A stretch of DNA of 64,000 bases from Bacillota bacterium (GCA_017656145.1 JACDOI010000008.1:7389-71388); one strand, 5' to 3'; positions 33,441 through 43,998 are shown, counted from the first letter of the stretch. Notes: a model not told the origin generated them from the letters alone. Numbers and translations are program-made.

Positions 33441-35081
33441 GTGATCCGCACCCAGAAACGACTGCAGGAGCCGCGCCGGGGAAAGCCGGTGGAACGGAAG
33501 GGCCGGTTTCTCACGGTCTCCGGCGCACCGGTGAAAGGACTGTACGGGCCCGGCGACACCGCGGGACTCGACTACGACCGAGACCTGGGCGATCCCGGCC
33601 GCTTCCCCTTCACGCGAGGGATTCACCGGACCATGTACCGCGGGCGGCTGTGGACGATGCGCCAGTTCGCGGGGTTTGGCACGGCCGAAGAGACCAACGC
33701 CCGGTTCCGTTACCTGTTGAGCGAAGGCCAGACAGGCCTGTCGGTCGCCTTCGACCTGCCTACGCTGATGGGCTACGATGCCGATCATCCCCGGGCCCGA
33801 GGGGAAGTCGGGGTGGAAGGCGTCGCCGTATCGAGCCTGGCCGACATGGAAACGCTGTTTGACGGCATCCCCCTCGATCAGGTCACCACGTCCATGACCA
33901 TCAACGCCCCGGCCATCATCCTCTTTGCCATGTACTTGGCGGTGGCGGAAAAGCAAGGCGTTCCCCTGGACCGGCTGTCGGGCACGATCCAAAACGACAT
34001 CCTAAAAGAGTACATCGCCCAAAACGAGTGGATCTTCCCCCCGGAGCCGTCGATGCGGCTCATCACCGACATGTTCGCCTATTGCTCGGAAAACGTTCCC
34101 TGCTGGAACACCATCAGCATCAGCGGGTACCACATCCGGGAGGCCGGCGCGACCGCCTTGCAGGAGCTGGCCTTCACCTTGGCCAACGGCCGGGAATACG
34201 TCCGGGCCGGCATCGCGGCAGGACTGGACGTGGACAAATTTGCGCCCAGGCTGTCGTTTTTCTTCAACAGCCACAACGATCTTTTCGAAGAGGTGGCCAA
34301 GTTCCGGGCGGCCCGCCGGATCTGGGCGCGAATGATGCGGGAAGAATTCGGCGCCAAAGATCCCCGGTCGTGGATGTTGCGGTTTCACGCCCAGACGGCC
34401 GGGTGCTCCCTCACCGCCCAGCAGCCGTACAACAACGTCGTCCGCACGACCGTTCAGGCGCTGGCCGCGATCCTGGGCGGCGCCCAGTCGCTGCACACCA
34501 ATTCGCTGGACGAAGCGTTGGCGTTGCCTACGGAAGAGACCGTTCGGCTAGCCTTGCGCACCCAGCAAATTTTGGCCGAAGAGAGCGGCGTGGCCAACAC
34601 CCCCGATCCGTTGGGCGGGTCGTACTTCGTGGAATCTTTGACAAACCAGATGGAAGAAGGGGTCCGGCAGTACTTCCGCCGCATCGACGAGTTAGGCGGC
34701 GTCATCCCTGCCCTCGAGCAAGGATTTTTCCAGCGGGAGATCGCAGAAGCCGCCTATGCCTACCAGCAGCGGGTCGAATCCGGAGAGCAGGTCGTCGTCG
34801 GCGTCAACGCCCACACGGTAGCCGAGGAAACTCCGGTAAGCATCTTGCGCATCGGGCCGGAAATCGAGGCCAAGCAGCGGCAGCGTCTGGCCCGGGTGCG
34901 GGCCCGGCGGGATGAAGAGCAGGTCCGGAGGGCGCTGGCCTCGGTGCGACACGCCGCGGCCGGCCCCGGCAACCTGGTGCCGCCCGTTCTCGAGGCGGTC
35001 AAAGCGTATGCCACCCTAGGCGAGATCGTCGACGAGCTCCGGGCGGTGTTCGGCGAGTACGACGAGGTCCGAATCATCTAG
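33441..35081 (+). CDS. B12-dependent acyl-CoA mutase large (catalytic) subunit; methylmalonyl-CoA mutase family with an ICM-like active-site signature
   Basis: 546 aa with [52 protein letters not shown]. It has RQFAGF (Phe) and YIAQNEW (Gln) where MCM has Tyr89 and Arg207. Confidence 0.85.
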   Translation: MIRTQKRLQEPRRGKPVERKGRFLTVSGAPVKGLYGPGDTAGLDYDRDLGDPGRFPFTRGIHRTMYRGRLWTMRQFAGFGTAEETNARFRYLLSEGQTGLSVAFDLPTLMGYDADHPRARGEVGVEGVAVSSLADMETLFDGIPLDQVTTSMTINAPAIILFAMYLAVAEKQGVPLDRLSGTIQNDILKEYIAQNEWIFPPEPSMRLITDMFAYCSENVPCWNTISISGYHIREAGATALQELAFTLANGREYVRAGIAAGLDVDKFAPRLSFFFNSHNDLFEEVAKFRAARRIWARMMREEFGAKDPRSWMLRFHAQTAGCSLTAQQPYNNVVRTTVQALAAILGGAQSLHTNSLDEALALPTEETVRLALRTQQILAEESGVANTPDPLGGSYFVESLTNQMEEGVRQYFRRIDELGGVIPALEQGFFQREIAEAAYAYQQRVESGEQVVVGVNAHTVAEETPVSILRIGPEIEAKQRQRLARVRARRDEEQVRRALASVRHAAAGPGNLVPPVLEAVKAYATLGEIVDELRAVFGEYDEVRII

Positions 35082-35109
35082 GTCATCTGCGTCTGAAGGA
35101 GGAAGCGGT

Positions 35110-35526
35110 TTGACGCCCCCCACCGTTCTGCAGCGGAGGATTCGGGTCCTGGTGGCCAAGCCGGGGCTGGACGGCCACGACCGGGGAGCGAAAGTGATCG
35201 CCCGGGCGCTCCGGGACGCCGGGATGGAGGTCGTCTACACCGGCCTGCGCCAAACGCCTGAGCAAATCGTAAACGCCGCGGTGGAAGAAGACGTGGATGT
35301 GGTGGGCTTGAGCATCTTGTCCGGTGCCCACAACACGCTTGTTCCGCAAGTTCTCGAGGGGCTCAAGGCCCAAGGAGCCGCCGATATCGCCGTAGTGGTT
35401 GGCGGGATCATTCCGGATGAGGACGCCCGGCATCTGAAGGAACTGGGCGTGGCGGGCGTCTTCGGGCCCGGCAGTTCCCTCGCGGAAATCGTCTCCTTCA
35501 TCCGGAAAGCGGCCCGGTCCCGCTGA
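35110..35526 (+). CDS. Acyl-CoA mutase small subunit (B12-binding domain)
   Basis: 138 aa with the DxHxxG motif ([18 protein letters not shown]) and GG...IP. The TTG start lies 7 nt after AGGAGG. Confidence 0.85.
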   Translation: MTPPTVLQRRIRVLVAKPGLDGHDRGAKVIARALRDAGMEVVYTGLRQTPEQIVNAAVEEDVDVVGLSILSGAHNTLVPQVLEGLKAQGAADIAVVVGGIIPDEDARHLKELGVAGVFGPGSSLAEIVSFIRKAARSR

Positions 35527-35573
35527 CCGGCCCCAGGCGCGCCGGCTTGGGTCGAGCCTCCGGGCGGGTTGCC

Positions 35574-35602
35574 TTGATCAGCCCCAAAGCCCGTGTTATG
35601 CT
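35574..35602 (+). promoter_or_regulatory. Candidate sigma-A promoter of the rib operon (TTGATC-N17-TATGCT, TG-extended)
   Basis: CCTTGATCAGCCCCAAAGCCCGTGTTATGCTTG lies about 20 nt upstream of the FMN riboswitch P1 stem. Confidence 0.5.
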
Positions 35603-35621
35603 TGAAACGAAGCGCACACAA

Positions 35622-35781
35622 GGCAACCTTCGGGGCAGGGTGAGCCCGCTAGGGGCAATTCCCGACCGGTGGCGATGCCGGCGGCCAAAGGCCGCCGGAC
35701 GAGCCCACGAGCCGCCGTTGGGTGGCAGGATCCGGTGCGAATCCGGAGCCGACGGTACAGTCCGGATGGGAGAAGGTTGCG
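35622..35781 (+). promoter_or_regulatory. FMN riboswitch (RFN element) upstream of ribD
   Basis: P1 is GCAACCTTC/GAAGGTTGC. The conserved blocks are CTTCGGGGCAGGGTGA...AATTCCCGACCGGTGGC, GAGCCCACGAGCC, GGTGCGAATCCGGAGCCGACGGTACAGTCCGGATGGGAGAAGG. It closely follows the B. subtilis ribD leader as I recall it, apart from a 13-nt insertion at 35644-35656. Confidence 0.9.
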
Positions 35782-35919
35782 GCCCTCGTCTCGCGTCCTG
35801 CAGGGGAGCGAATCCGTTTTCCCGGTCGCGGAATGTTGACGTGGTGCGTCCTTGGCCCCGGAGAGTTGCCCGCCGATAGCATCGGGGCCGAGACCGGTCC
35901 CCGCGGGATGTGAGGCCCA

Positions 35920-37077
35920 TTGCTCCGCTGGTCCGAAATCCCCCTTCCGCAGCCGGGCAGCCCGGCCGGCGACGATGAGGCGTGCATGGACGTTGCTCTA
36001 GCGCTGGCAGCCCGGGGGCACGGCACTACGTGGCCCAATCCGATGGTTGGTGCAGTGATCGTGCATGATGGCCGCATCGCCGGCATGGGATATCACCGGC
36101 GCCCCGGCGAGCCCCATGCGGAAGTCCACGCGCTGAACGACGCTGGCTCCCTGGCCCGCGGCGCTACTCTGTACGTCAACCTGGAGCCGTGCTCCCATCA
36201 CGGCCGGACACCCCCGTGCACGGAAGCGATCATCGCCGCGGGAGTCCGGCGGGTGGTCGCCGCCATCGTCGACCCAGACCCCCGGGTGCAAGGGCGCGGG
36301 ATCGCGCGCCTGCGGGAAGCCGGCATCGACGTCGTCGTGGGCGTGCGGGAAGCCGAGGCCCGGCAACTGAACGAAGTGTACCTGAAGTACAAGTCTACCG
36401 GGCGGCCCTTCGTGCTCCTCAAGGCCGCCGCCAGCCTCGACGGGCGCATCGCCACCGTTACCGGTCACTCCCGCTGGATCAGCGGTGCTGACGCCCGGGC
36501 GCTGGTGCACCGCCTCCGGGCGGTCATGCCCGCGGTGATGGTCGGCATCGGTACAGCCCTGGCCGACGATCCCCGGCTCACCGCCCGCACCGACCCGCCG
36601 CCGCCCCGCCAGCCGTTGCGGGTCGTCGTCGACTCGCTAGCGCGTTTGCCCCCGCACGCCCGAATGCTCAAGGTGCCCGGTTCGACGCTGGTCGCCGTCA
36701 CCAAGGCGGCGCCTGCAGAACGATTGCGGCGGCTGGAGCGGGCAGGCGCCAAGGTGGCGGTACTGCCGGACCAGGACGGCCGGGTCAGTCTCCCCGCCCT
36801 CATGTCCGAGCTTTCCCGGCAGGGCGTGGCGGGAGTTTTGCTTGAGGGCGGGGCGACGCTGAACGGCGCCATGATCGCCCAAGGTCTTGTGGACAAGGTC
36901 ATGTTCTTTTTGGCCCCGCTTTTGATCGGCGGCCGGAGCGCCCCCGGCGCGATCGGCGACCCAGGCGCTCAGGTGCTCGAAGAAGCGCCCCGCCTATCGG
37001 ACGTGACATTTGAGCCGTGCGGCGCCGACCTGCTGGTCACCGGCTACTTGCCCGCGGCCGGCTGGGCCCGGGACTGA
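35920..37077 (+). CDS. ribD: Bifunctional diaminohydroxyphosphoribosylaminopyrimidine deaminase / 5-amino-6-(5-phosphoribosylamino)uracil reductase
   Basis: It has a deaminase Zn motif (HAEVHAL...[13 protein letters not shown]) and a reductase domain ([26 protein letters not shown]). The TTG start at 35920 is tentative. Confidence 0.88.
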   Translation: MLRWSEIPLPQPGSPAGDDEACMDVALALAARGHGTTWPNPMVGAVIVHDGRIAGMGYHRRPGEPHAEVHALNDAGSLARGATLYVNLEPCSHHGRTPPCTEAIIAAGVRRVVAAIVDPDPRVQGRGIARLREAGIDVVVGVREAEARQLNEVYLKYKSTGRPFVLLKAAASLDGRIATVTGHSRWISGADARALVHRLRAVMPAVMVGIGTALADDPRLTARTDPPPPRQPLRVVVDSLARLPPHARMLKVPGSTLVAVTKAAPAERLRRLERAGAKVAVLPDQDGRVSLPALMSELSRQGVAGVLLEGGATLNGAMIAQGLVDKVMFFLAPLLIGGRSAPGAIGDPGAQVLEEAPRLSDVTFEPCGADLLVTGYLPAAGWARD

Positions 37078-37127
37078 CGGCCCGGGGAGCGCGCGGCGGA
37101 AGCGCAGCTTTCAGGGGAGGGCGAACG

Positions 37128-37781
37128 TTGTTTACAGGACTCATCGAAGCGATGGGCCAGGTGGTCCACATCATCCCCCACCCAGACGGCGAAGGCGCCC
37201 GGCTGCTCATCCGAGCCCCCAGCCTGACGAAAGCGGTCGCGGTGGGCGAGAGCGTCGCGGTGAACGGATGCTGCCTCACGGTCACCGCGGCGGAAGATGA
37301 TAGCTTGGCGTTTGACGCGGTTCCCCAGACGCTGGCCCGTACAACTCTGGGGCGGCTTTCGCCGGGAGATCGGGTCAATCTGGAACGTCCCCTCCGCCCG
37401 GCGGACCGGATGGGCGGCCACATGGTCCTTGGGCACGTGGACGGCGTCGGCCAGGTGGTGGCCGTCCGGACCGAAGGCAACTCCCGGCGCATCGGGATCG
37501 AAATCCCGGCGGATCTCCTCGATTATCTGGTGCCGCAAGGTTCGGTGGCGGTGGACGGGGTCAGTCTGACCGTCGCGGCGCTGACCCAGCGGGGATTTGA
37601 GGTGGCCGTCATCCCCCATACGGCCGCGGTGACGACGCTCGGGCTTGTTCGACCGGGGGATGAGGTCAACGTGGAGGCAGACATCATCGGCAAGTACGTA
37701 GCGCGGCTTTTGGCCCCCTACATGGGCAGCGTCCCGAAAGCCGCGGCGAAGGAGATGAGCACCGGTGGCGAACGTCGCTAG
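37128..37781 (+). CDS. ribE: Riboflavin synthase (alpha chain)
   Basis: The TTG start gives (M)[11 protein letters not shown]... There is an internal duplication ([11 protein letters not shown] / [11 protein letters not shown]). GGGGAGGG lies 6 nt upstream. The track ORF starts 37 codons earlier, inside ribD. Confidence 0.88.
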   Translation: MFTGLIEAMGQVVHIIPHPDGEGARLLIRAPSLTKAVAVGESVAVNGCCLTVTAAEDDSLAFDAVPQTLARTTLGRLSPGDRVNLERPLRPADRMGGHMVLGHVDGVGQVVAVRTEGNSRRIGIEIPADLLDYLVPQGSVAVDGVSLTVAALTQRGFEVAVIPHTAAVTTLGLVRPGDEVNVEADIIGKYVARLLAPYMGSVPKAAAKEMSTGGERR

Positions 37782-39057
37782 CGCCACGGTATTCGACCGG
37801 GTGGAAGACGCGATCGCGGACATCCGGGCCGGCCGGTTCGTCATCGTCGTGGATGACGAGGACCGGGAAAACGAAGGGGATCTGGTCATCGCCGCCGAGA
37901 AGGTCACCCCTGAGGCTATCAACTTCATGGCCCGCTACGGCCGGGGGCTCATTTGCGTGCCGATGACCGGTGAGCGGCTGGAAGAGCTGCAGATCCCCCT
38001 GATGACGGCCCACAACACCGAAGCGATGAAGACCGCGTTCACCGTGTCAGTGGACGCAGCCGCGGTGCACACCGGCATCTCGGCCCACGAGCGGGCGCTG
38101 ACCGTCAAGACGCTGATTGATCCGGCCGCCAAGCCCGGCGATCTGGTGCGGCCGGGCCACATCTTCCCCTTGCGGGCTGTGGACGGCGGGGTTTTGCGTC
38201 GGGCCGGCCATACCGAGGCCGCCGTGGATTTGGCCCGCTTGGCGGGTCTGTACCCTGCCGGGGTGATCTGCGAGATCATGAACGACGACGGCACGATGGC
38301 GCGGGTTCCGCAGCTGGTCGAGTTCGCCCGCCAGCACGGGCTGCGGATGATCACCATCACCGACCTGATCCGCTACCGGCTTCGCCACGAGCGGCTCGTC
38401 CGCCGGGTGGCCGAGGCCGACATGCCGACCCGCTACGGGCATTTCCGCATCGTCGGCTACGAGAGCCTGGTGGATGGCCAGACTCACGTCGCCCTCGTTC
38501 TCGGCGAGGTCGCCGGCCGCGACGGCGTGCTTGTGCGGGTGCATTCCGAATGCTTGACGGGCGATGTGTTCGGCAGCCTCCGGTGCGACTGCGGCGATCA
38601 GCTCCAGGCAGCTCTGCGCCAGATCGGCGAGGAAGGCTTGGGCGTCTTTCTATACATGCGACAGGAGGGCAGGGGCATCGGCCTCCTGAACAAGCTGCGG
38701 GCCTACGCCCTGCAGGACCAGGGCCAGGACACCGTCGAGGCGAACTTGTCCCTCGGTTTTCCGCCCGACAAGCGGGACTACGGCATCGGCGCCCAGATCT
38801 TGGTGGACCTGGGACTGTCCCGTATTCGGCTGTTGACGAACAATCCCCGCAAGATCGTGGGGCTGGAAGCGTACGGCATCGAGATCGTGGACCGGCTGCC
38901 CATCCGCATCCCGCCGAACCCGCATAACGACCGCTACTTGCGGGTCAAGCAGGAAAAACTCGGTCACTGGCTGACCGACCTGGAGGCCGTAGCCCGGCCG
39001 CGGTCCACCGGGGAGGCCGCCGGGGAAAGCGACGGCCGGCCGGCGAAAGGAGCCTGA
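37765..39057 (+). CDS. ribBA: Bifunctional 3,4-dihydroxy-2-butanone-4-phosphate synthase / GTP cyclohydrolase II
   Basis: The DHBP synthase motif is [14 protein letters not shown]. The GCH II motifs are [21 protein letters not shown] and [11 protein letters not shown]. Confidence 0.9.
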   Translation: MANVASATVFDRVEDAIADIRAGRFVIVVDDEDRENEGDLVIAAEKVTPEAINFMARYGRGLICVPMTGERLEELQIPLMTAHNTEAMKTAFTVSVDAAAVHTGISAHERALTVKTLIDPAAKPGDLVRPGHIFPLRAVDGGVLRRAGHTEAAVDLARLAGLYPAGVICEIMNDDGTMARVPQLVEFARQHGLRMITITDLIRYRLRHERLVRRVAEADMPTRYGHFRIVGYESLVDGQTHVALVLGEVAGRDGVLVRVHSECLTGDVFGSLRCDCGDQLQAALRQIGEEGLGVFLYMRQEGRGIGLLNKLRAYALQDQGQDTVEANLSLGFPPDKRDYGIGAQILVDLGLSRIRLLTNNPRKIVGLEAYGIEIVDRLPIRIPPNPHNDRYLRVKQEKLGHWLTDLEAVARPRSTGEAAGESDGRPAKGA

Positions 39058-39059
39058 TC

Positions 39060-39542
39060 ATGCCAAGGACCATTGAAGGCCACCTGCGGGCCGACGGACT
39101 GCGGTTCGCGGTAGTGGCGTCCCGGTTCAACCAGCTCATCACCGAGCGCCTGCTTGCCGGCGCCCTCGATGGGCTCGCGCGCCATGGGGCGAACGATGAT
39201 CAGATCACCGTCGCCTGGGTTCCGGGAGCCTTCGAACTGCCCCTTGCGGCCCGGCGGTTGGCCGAAACCGGCCAATTTGACGCGATCATTTGTCTTGGGG
39301 CGATCATCCGGGGCGCCACCCCCCATTTCGACTACGTCTCCGCCAACGCCGCGACAGGCATCAACCAGACCGCTCTGGCCACCGGCGTGCCGGTCATCTT
39401 CGGCGTTTTGACCACCGACACTATCGAGCAGGCGCTGGAACGGGCGGGCACGAAGGCGGGAAACAAAGGCTGGGACGCCGCGCTGGCCGCGGTGGAGATG
39501 GCCAACTTGATGAAGAGCATCAAAACCGAGTTCTCGGCCTAA
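39060..39542 (+). CDS. ribH: 6,7-dimethyl-8-ribityllumazine synthase
   Basis: 160 aa with [32 protein letters not shown] and [12 protein letters not shown]. Confidence 0.9.
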   Translation: MPRTIEGHLRADGLRFAVVASRFNQLITERLLAGALDGLARHGANDDQITVAWVPGAFELPLAARRLAETGQFDAIICLGAIIRGATPHFDYVSANAATGINQTALATGVPVIFGVLTTDTIEQALERAGTKAGNKGWDAALAAVEMANLMKSIKTEFSA

Positions 39543-39584
39543 ACGTTGACGGGTCCTGCTCGGCCCGCGTGCGGGCGCTGCCGG

Positions 39585-40835
39585 CTATCGGTCCGCGCCC
39601 GGCCTGAAACCGGCGGCGGGCCCGCCGGCGGTTTCGACCGTCTTTGTCAAGGCCGACCGCAATTCGGGGGATGCGGCCAGCACCTCGTGGGAAAAGACGA
39701 CGATTCCCCGCGCGCCGGCAGCGTACGCGGTTTCGGCTTGGATCGCCAGCTGCGCAGGATCGCCGGTGAGCAGGTGGGCCGCCAGGCCCGCATAGACCGG
39801 CGTGCGGCCTTCGCTGGCCGACACGGCCGCGGCCACCTGCTCGGCCACCGGCTCCGGCCGGCGGTGATACGCCATCGGTACCACGAAATCCAGCAGTCCG
39901 GACCGGACCCAGAAGGGCCAGTCCTGCAACCGGTTGTTCACCGCGTCATCGATATCGGCGTGCACCGCCGCGGAAAGCAACATGCCGGGCCGCCGCTCCT
40001 TGAGGCCCTGGCGAATTTGCTGCATCAATCCTGTCACCTGCTCCCGGCGCCAGCGATCCCATTGGGTCATGCGCTGGTCGAAGGCGTCCCACCCGTTTTG
40101 CGCGACGAACGCGGCCGCATCCTGCTCGAGCCGCCCGGGATCGAACCCGTAGACCGCCTGAAACCGGGCCACGCTTTCGGGATGATAACCGAACCGCCGT
40201 GACGGATACCGCGCGTAATCCAGATGGATGCCGTCCACAGGGTAGCGCTCCACGACTTCCATGACAGCCTCAAAGACGAACGCTTGCACCCCAGGCAATC
40301 CAGGGTCCAGCATCCGGGCCGGGACGTTGGCCATGGCTTCCTCGAGACTGTACTCCCACAAGGTCCGGCCGTCCCGGTCCACGGTCACCCAGTCGGGATG
40401 GCGGTTCAGCACGTGATCGGGATGTTCGGGCGTCGACGACAAGGATGCAGCGGTAAAGGCGTTGATCCAGGCGTGGACCCGCAGGCCTTTGCTTTTGGCT
40501 CGCCGCAGCACGTAGTCCAACGGATCGAATCCCGGATCGATGCCCGAGGCCGGGGGAAGCAAGGATGAGCGGTAGTACGCTTCGCCCCGCCCGTTCACCT
40601 GGACGAACAGGTCGGTGGCTCCCACTTCCTGCGCGGTCGCGAGCACTTGATCGATGCTGCCCGGAGTCGCCAGCTCATGCCGGACGACCCACAACCCCCG
40701 GACGGCTCGGCCCGGCCCGGTCACCGCGGTAGCTGCTGTGGCCGGCGCGCCCGGCCGCCGCTGGCCGAGGAAAAAACCGACGGCCAGACCGGCCGCAACC
40801 ACGACCGCAATGAGGACCGGGTACCGGCGAAGCAA
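39585..40835 (-). CDS. Glycoside-hydrolase-like GHL10 (DUF187, YngK-like) protein with an N-terminal membrane anchor
   Basis: 416 aa with an N-terminal TM segment. The pattern TDLFVQVNGRGEAYYRS...GLRVHAWINAF...DGIHLDYARYP is typical of the GHL10 family. Confidence 0.6.
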   Translation of the reverse strand: MLRRYPVLIAVVVAAGLAVGFFLGQRRPGAPATAATAVTGPGRAVRGLWVVRHELATPGSIDQVLATAQEVGATDLFVQVNGRGEAYYRSSLLPPASGIDPGFDPLDYVLRRAKSKGLRVHAWINAFTAASLSSTPEHPDHVLNRHPDWVTVDRDGRTLWEYSLEEAMANVPARMLDPGLPGVQAFVFEAVMEVVERYPVDGIHLDYARYPSRRFGYHPESVARFQAVYGFDPGRLEQDAAAFVAQNGWDAFDQRMTQWDRWRREQVTGLMQQIRQGLKERRPGMLLSAAVHADIDDAVNNRLQDWPFWVRSGLLDFVVPMAYHRRPEPVAEQVAAAVSASEGRTPVYAGLAAHLLTGDPAQLAIQAETAYAAGARGIVVFSHEVLAASPELRSALTKTVETAGGPAAGFRPGADR

Positions 40836-40837
40836 CG

Positions 40838-42100
40838 TCAGTACCCTCCCAGGAGCAACGCGGTCGCATGCGCGACGATTCCTTGCCGTGCCCCGACAAA
40901 CCCCAGGCCTTCGGCCGTCGTCGCCTTCACGTTGACGGCCTCCGGGGCGACTTGCAAGCAGGCCGCGATGCGCTCGACCATGGCCGGTACATACGGGCGG
41001 AGCCGGGGCCGCTCGGCCACGACCGTCGCGTCCACATTGCCTACCCGAAAACCCCGCTCGGCCACCCGTTCCCGCACCTCTTCCAACAGCTTCAGACTGG
41101 AAGCGCCAGCGTATGCCGGATCACCCGGCGGAAAGTGCACGCCGATATCGCCAAGCCCTGCTGCCCCAAGCATCGCGTCCATGATCGCGTGGAGAAGGAC
41201 GTCCGCGTCCGAATGGCCGGCAAGCCCCAGTTCAAACGGGATCTCCACGCCGCCCAGGATAAGGGGCCGGCAGGCTACCAGGGGATGGACGTCGTATCCG
41301 ATGCCGATGCGCACACTTGCGCCCTCCTGCGCCTGTTGCCGGCCGGCCGCGGGGGCTTGCTGCGGGACCGCCCCAGTACCCAGCTGCCACTCCCGGGCCC
41401 GCAAGAGCGTTTCCGCCAACAGCAAGTCCTCGGGAGTCGTAATTTTGATGTTGTCGTACGCGCCCTCGACGACCGCGACGGGATGGCCGGCCCGTTCCAC
41501 CAGCGTCGCGTCGTCGGTGGCTCTCCAGCCTTCCCTTACCGCCCGGAAATGGGCGTCTTCCAACAGCTCCCGCCGGAACGCTTGGGGCGTTTGAACAAGC
41601 CGCAGGCGTTCCCGCTCCGGTGTCGCCTGCACCCAGGGGCCCTCTACCAGCTTGACGGTGTCTTTCAACGGGACCGCGGCGGTGGCCGCGCCGTGGCGGG
41701 CAGCCGCGGCCAGCACCGCGTCGAGGAGTGCAGGCTTGACGAGCGGTCTTACGCCGTCGTGCACCGCGACGACATCGGTCCCGCGGCCGACCGCGGCCAA
41801 GCCGGCCCGAACCGAGTCCTGCCGCTCGGGGCCACCCGGCACTACCCGGACGGGTTTGTCAAGCGGCCGCCGGGTTGCCAGTTCCGCTTGAAAGCTCGCC
41901 GCGTCCTCCGCGGCGACAACCAAGATCAGCTCACGAACTGCTCGGGACGCGGCGCACGCTTCCATTGTCCAACGGAGGATGGACTTCCCGAAAAGCGGCA
42001 GGTACTGCTTGGGCCTGCCCGCCTGTCCCATCCTCCGACCCCGGCCGGCTGCCGGGATGATGACCGCCGCCGTGTACATCGTTTCCGTCTGCGCGCTCAC
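40838..42100 (-). CDS. ispDF: Bifunctional IspD/IspF: 2-C-methyl-D-erythritol 4-phosphate cytidylyltransferase fused to 2-C-methyl-D-erythritol 2,4-cyclodiphosphate synthase
   Basis: The N-terminal half is IspD ([27 protein letters not shown]). The linker is ...[25 protein letters not shown]. The C-terminal half is IspF ([40 protein letters not shown]). There is one uninterrupted frame. The start is the GTG at 42100 or the ATG at 42078. Confidence 0.88.
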   Translation of the reverse strand: MSAQTETMYTAAVIIPAAGRGRRMGQAGRPKQYLPLFGKSILRWTMEACAASRAVRELILVVAAEDAASFQAELATRRPLDKPVRVVPGGPERQDSVRAGLAAVGRGTDVVAVHDGVRPLVKPALLDAVLAAAARHGAATAAVPLKDTVKLVEGPWVQATPERERLRLVQTPQAFRRELLEDAHFRAVREGWRATDDATLVERAGHPVAVVEGAYDNIKITTPEDLLLAETLLRAREWQLGTGAVPQQAPAAGRQQAQEGASVRIGIGYDVHPLVACRPLILGGVEIPFELGLAGHSDADVLLHAIMDAMLGAAGLGDIGVHFPPGDPAYAGASSLKLLEEVRERVAERGFRVGNVDATVVAERPRLRPYVPAMVERIAACLQVAPEAVNVKATTAEGLGFVGARQGIVAHATALLLGGY

Positions 42101-42199
42101 TCCGTGTTAGTTCGCACCCGGCAGCGCAATACCTCCCAATCGATGGGCTGGCGGGGAAACAGGCTGCGGGCAATGGTCGCTACCGGCCACAGGCGTGGC

Positions 42200-43273
42200 T
42201 TACAACGCCCGCTCCAGCGGTTTTGGCTTGGCGAAGATCATCCGCCCGGCGGCAGTCTGCAGGACGCTGGTGACCATGACGCCCACCGACTCGCCGATGA
42301 ACCGCCGGCCCCCGTCCACCACGATCATCGTACCGTCGTCCAGATAGCCGACCCCTTGCCCGTGCTCTTTGCCGTCCTTGATGACGTGCACGACCATTTC
42401 TTCTCCCGGCAGCACGACCGGTTTCATCGCGTTGGCCAGCTCGTTGATGTTGAGGACGTCCACACCTTTGAGTTCGGCGATCTTGTTGAGATTGAAGTCG
42501 TTGGTGAGCACTTTCGCGCCCAGGCGCTTGGCCAAGCGCACAAGCTTAAGGTCCACCTCGGTCCCATCGTCCTCATCGGGATCGAGAATTTCCACCGCGA
42601 CTTTTGATTCTTTCTGGATGCGCTGGAGAACGTCCAGTCCTCGCCGGCCCCGGTTGCGCTTGAGGACGTCCGAGGAATCGGCGATGAGCTGCAGCTCCTT
42701 CAGCACGAACGCGGGGACCAAAAGGGTGCCCTCGAGAAAGCCGGTGCTGGCCACATCGGCGATGCGCCCGTCGATGATGACGCTGGTATCCAAGATCTTA
42801 ACCTGACCCGGCAAGACCGCGACCCGCCGGCCGGGCTTGCGCCCGCCGACGAGGCCGGCGATCTCGTCCTTTTTGCACCAGGCGGCTACCGCTCCGAGGT
42901 ATCCGCCGGCCATGGTCAGCAAGACCGGCAGAAACTCACCGACGACGGGTAACGGCCGCGGCCACGGGAGGGAGAGCAGCAACCCGAGGCCAAGGCCGAC
43001 CAGCACGCCCAGTACGCCGCTCAGCAGATCAGGGAAGGACATTTGCCGGACGGCGGAAGCGAACCGGGCCATCCCCCTCCGCAGCGCTTCGCCCAGCCAT
43101 CCGCCGAGCCAGAACCCGACCATCCCTCCGGCTGCGAGGCCAATCCACGGCCAGCCGGAAAACCCGGGAAACAGCCGGTAAAAAGCGTCTGCCCCGTGAT
43201 CCAAGGAAGCCAGCCGGTACCCGCCTACCGCACCCAGAAGGAATGATGAGACCCGCACCGCACGGACAAGCAC
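42200..43273 (-). CDS. yacL: PIN/TRAM-domain integral membrane protein (YacL-like)
   Basis: It has N-terminal TM segments, a PIN domain (ILDTSVIIDGRI) and a C-terminal TRAM-like region. It occupies the conserved position between carD/disA and ispD. The GTG start is 8 nt after AGGAAGGAGG. Confidence 0.8.
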   Translation of the reverse strand: MLVRAVRVSSFLLGAVGGYRLASLDHGADAFYRLFPGFSGWPWIGLAAGGMVGFWLGGWLGEALRRGMARFASAVRQMSFPDLLSGVLGVLVGLGLGLLLSLPWPRPLPVVGEFLPVLLTMAGGYLGAVAAWCKKDEIAGLVGGRKPGRRVAVLPGQVKILDTSVIIDGRIADVASTGFLEGTLLVPAFVLKELQLIADSSDVLKRNRGRRGLDVLQRIQKESKVAVEILDPDEDDGTEVDLKLVRLAKRLGAKVLTNDFNLNKIAELKGVDVLNINELANAMKPVVLPGEEMVVHVIKDGKEHGQGVGYLDDGTMIVVDGGRRFIGESVGVMVTSVLQTAAGRMIFAKPKPLERAL

Positions 43274-43382
43274 GCCTGCGGCCTCCTTCCTTTGGTCGGT
43301 TGACAGAATGTGACTCCATCAGAAGTATTGGCGAGCGCGGCCGGTCCTATCCAGCCGCTTAGCCGAGCCATCCCCCTACAGG

Positions 43383-43874
43383 TCAGCGGAGCAGCCGGCT
43401 GAGCTGAACCTCCACTTGCTCTTTGGAAATCCCCTGGGCGAGCACCAGTTCGCTTATTAAAATCTGGCGGGCGCTTTCGAGCATCTTGCGCTCGCCGGTC
43501 GACAGGCCCTTGTCCCTCTCCCGGACCGAGAGGTTGCGGACCACTTCGGCGACCTCAAAGATGTCGCCGCTCTTGATCTTTTCCAGGTTGGCCCGGTAGC
43601 GTCGGTTCCAGTTTTGCGACATGGTCGTCGTCTCGCCCTGCAGAACCTGGAACACCTTCCGCACACCGTCTTCGTCGATGATCTCCCGGAGTCCCAGCTC
43701 TTCCACGCTGCTCATAGGGATCATGACCCGCAGATCGCCGATGGGCATGCGCATGACGTAGTAACGCTCGGCCCGGCCGAGGACGTCCTTCTCCTCCACC
43801 GCCTCGATGATGCCGGCACCGTGCATGGGGTAGACCACCTTATCGCCGACCTGAAATTCCTTGCGCGATGTCAA
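43383..43874 (-). CDS. carD: CarD-family transcriptional regulator (CdnL-like)
   Basis: 163 aa. FQVGDKVVYPMHGAGIIEAVEEK matches the CarD N-terminal RNAP-interacting domain. TTG start. Confidence 0.85.
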   Translation of the reverse strand: MTSRKEFQVGDKVVYPMHGAGIIEAVEEKDVLGRAERYYVMRMPIGDLRVMIPMSSVEELGLREIIDEDGVRKVFQVLQGETTTMSQNWNRRYRANLEKIKSGDIFEVAEVVRNLSVRERDKGLSTGERKMLESARQILISELVLAQGISKEQVEVQLSRLLR

Positions 43875-43910
43875 ACCCCATCATCCTTGGCCTCAAGGTT
43901 GAGTGTAGAA

Positions 43911-43939
43911 ATTGTACCATCAACAGGCAAAAATGTCAA
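43911..43939 (-). promoter_or_regulatory. Sigma-A promoter for carD (TTGACA-N17-TACAAT)
   Basis: The minus strand reads CATTGACATTTTTGCCTGTTGATGGTACAATTTC. Confidence 0.65.
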
Positions 43940-43968
43940 TGTGACGGCCTTGGCGGGGCTCGGCAGCC

Positions 43969-43998
43969 TTGACAGCCCGCGCGGCCGGTTCTTATAAT
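43969..43998 (+). promoter_or_regulatory. Sigma-A promoter for the divergent orphan ORF (TTGACA-N18-TATAAT)
   Basis: CCTTGACAGCCCGCGCGGCCGGTTCTTATAATGAAG. Confidence 0.65.
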
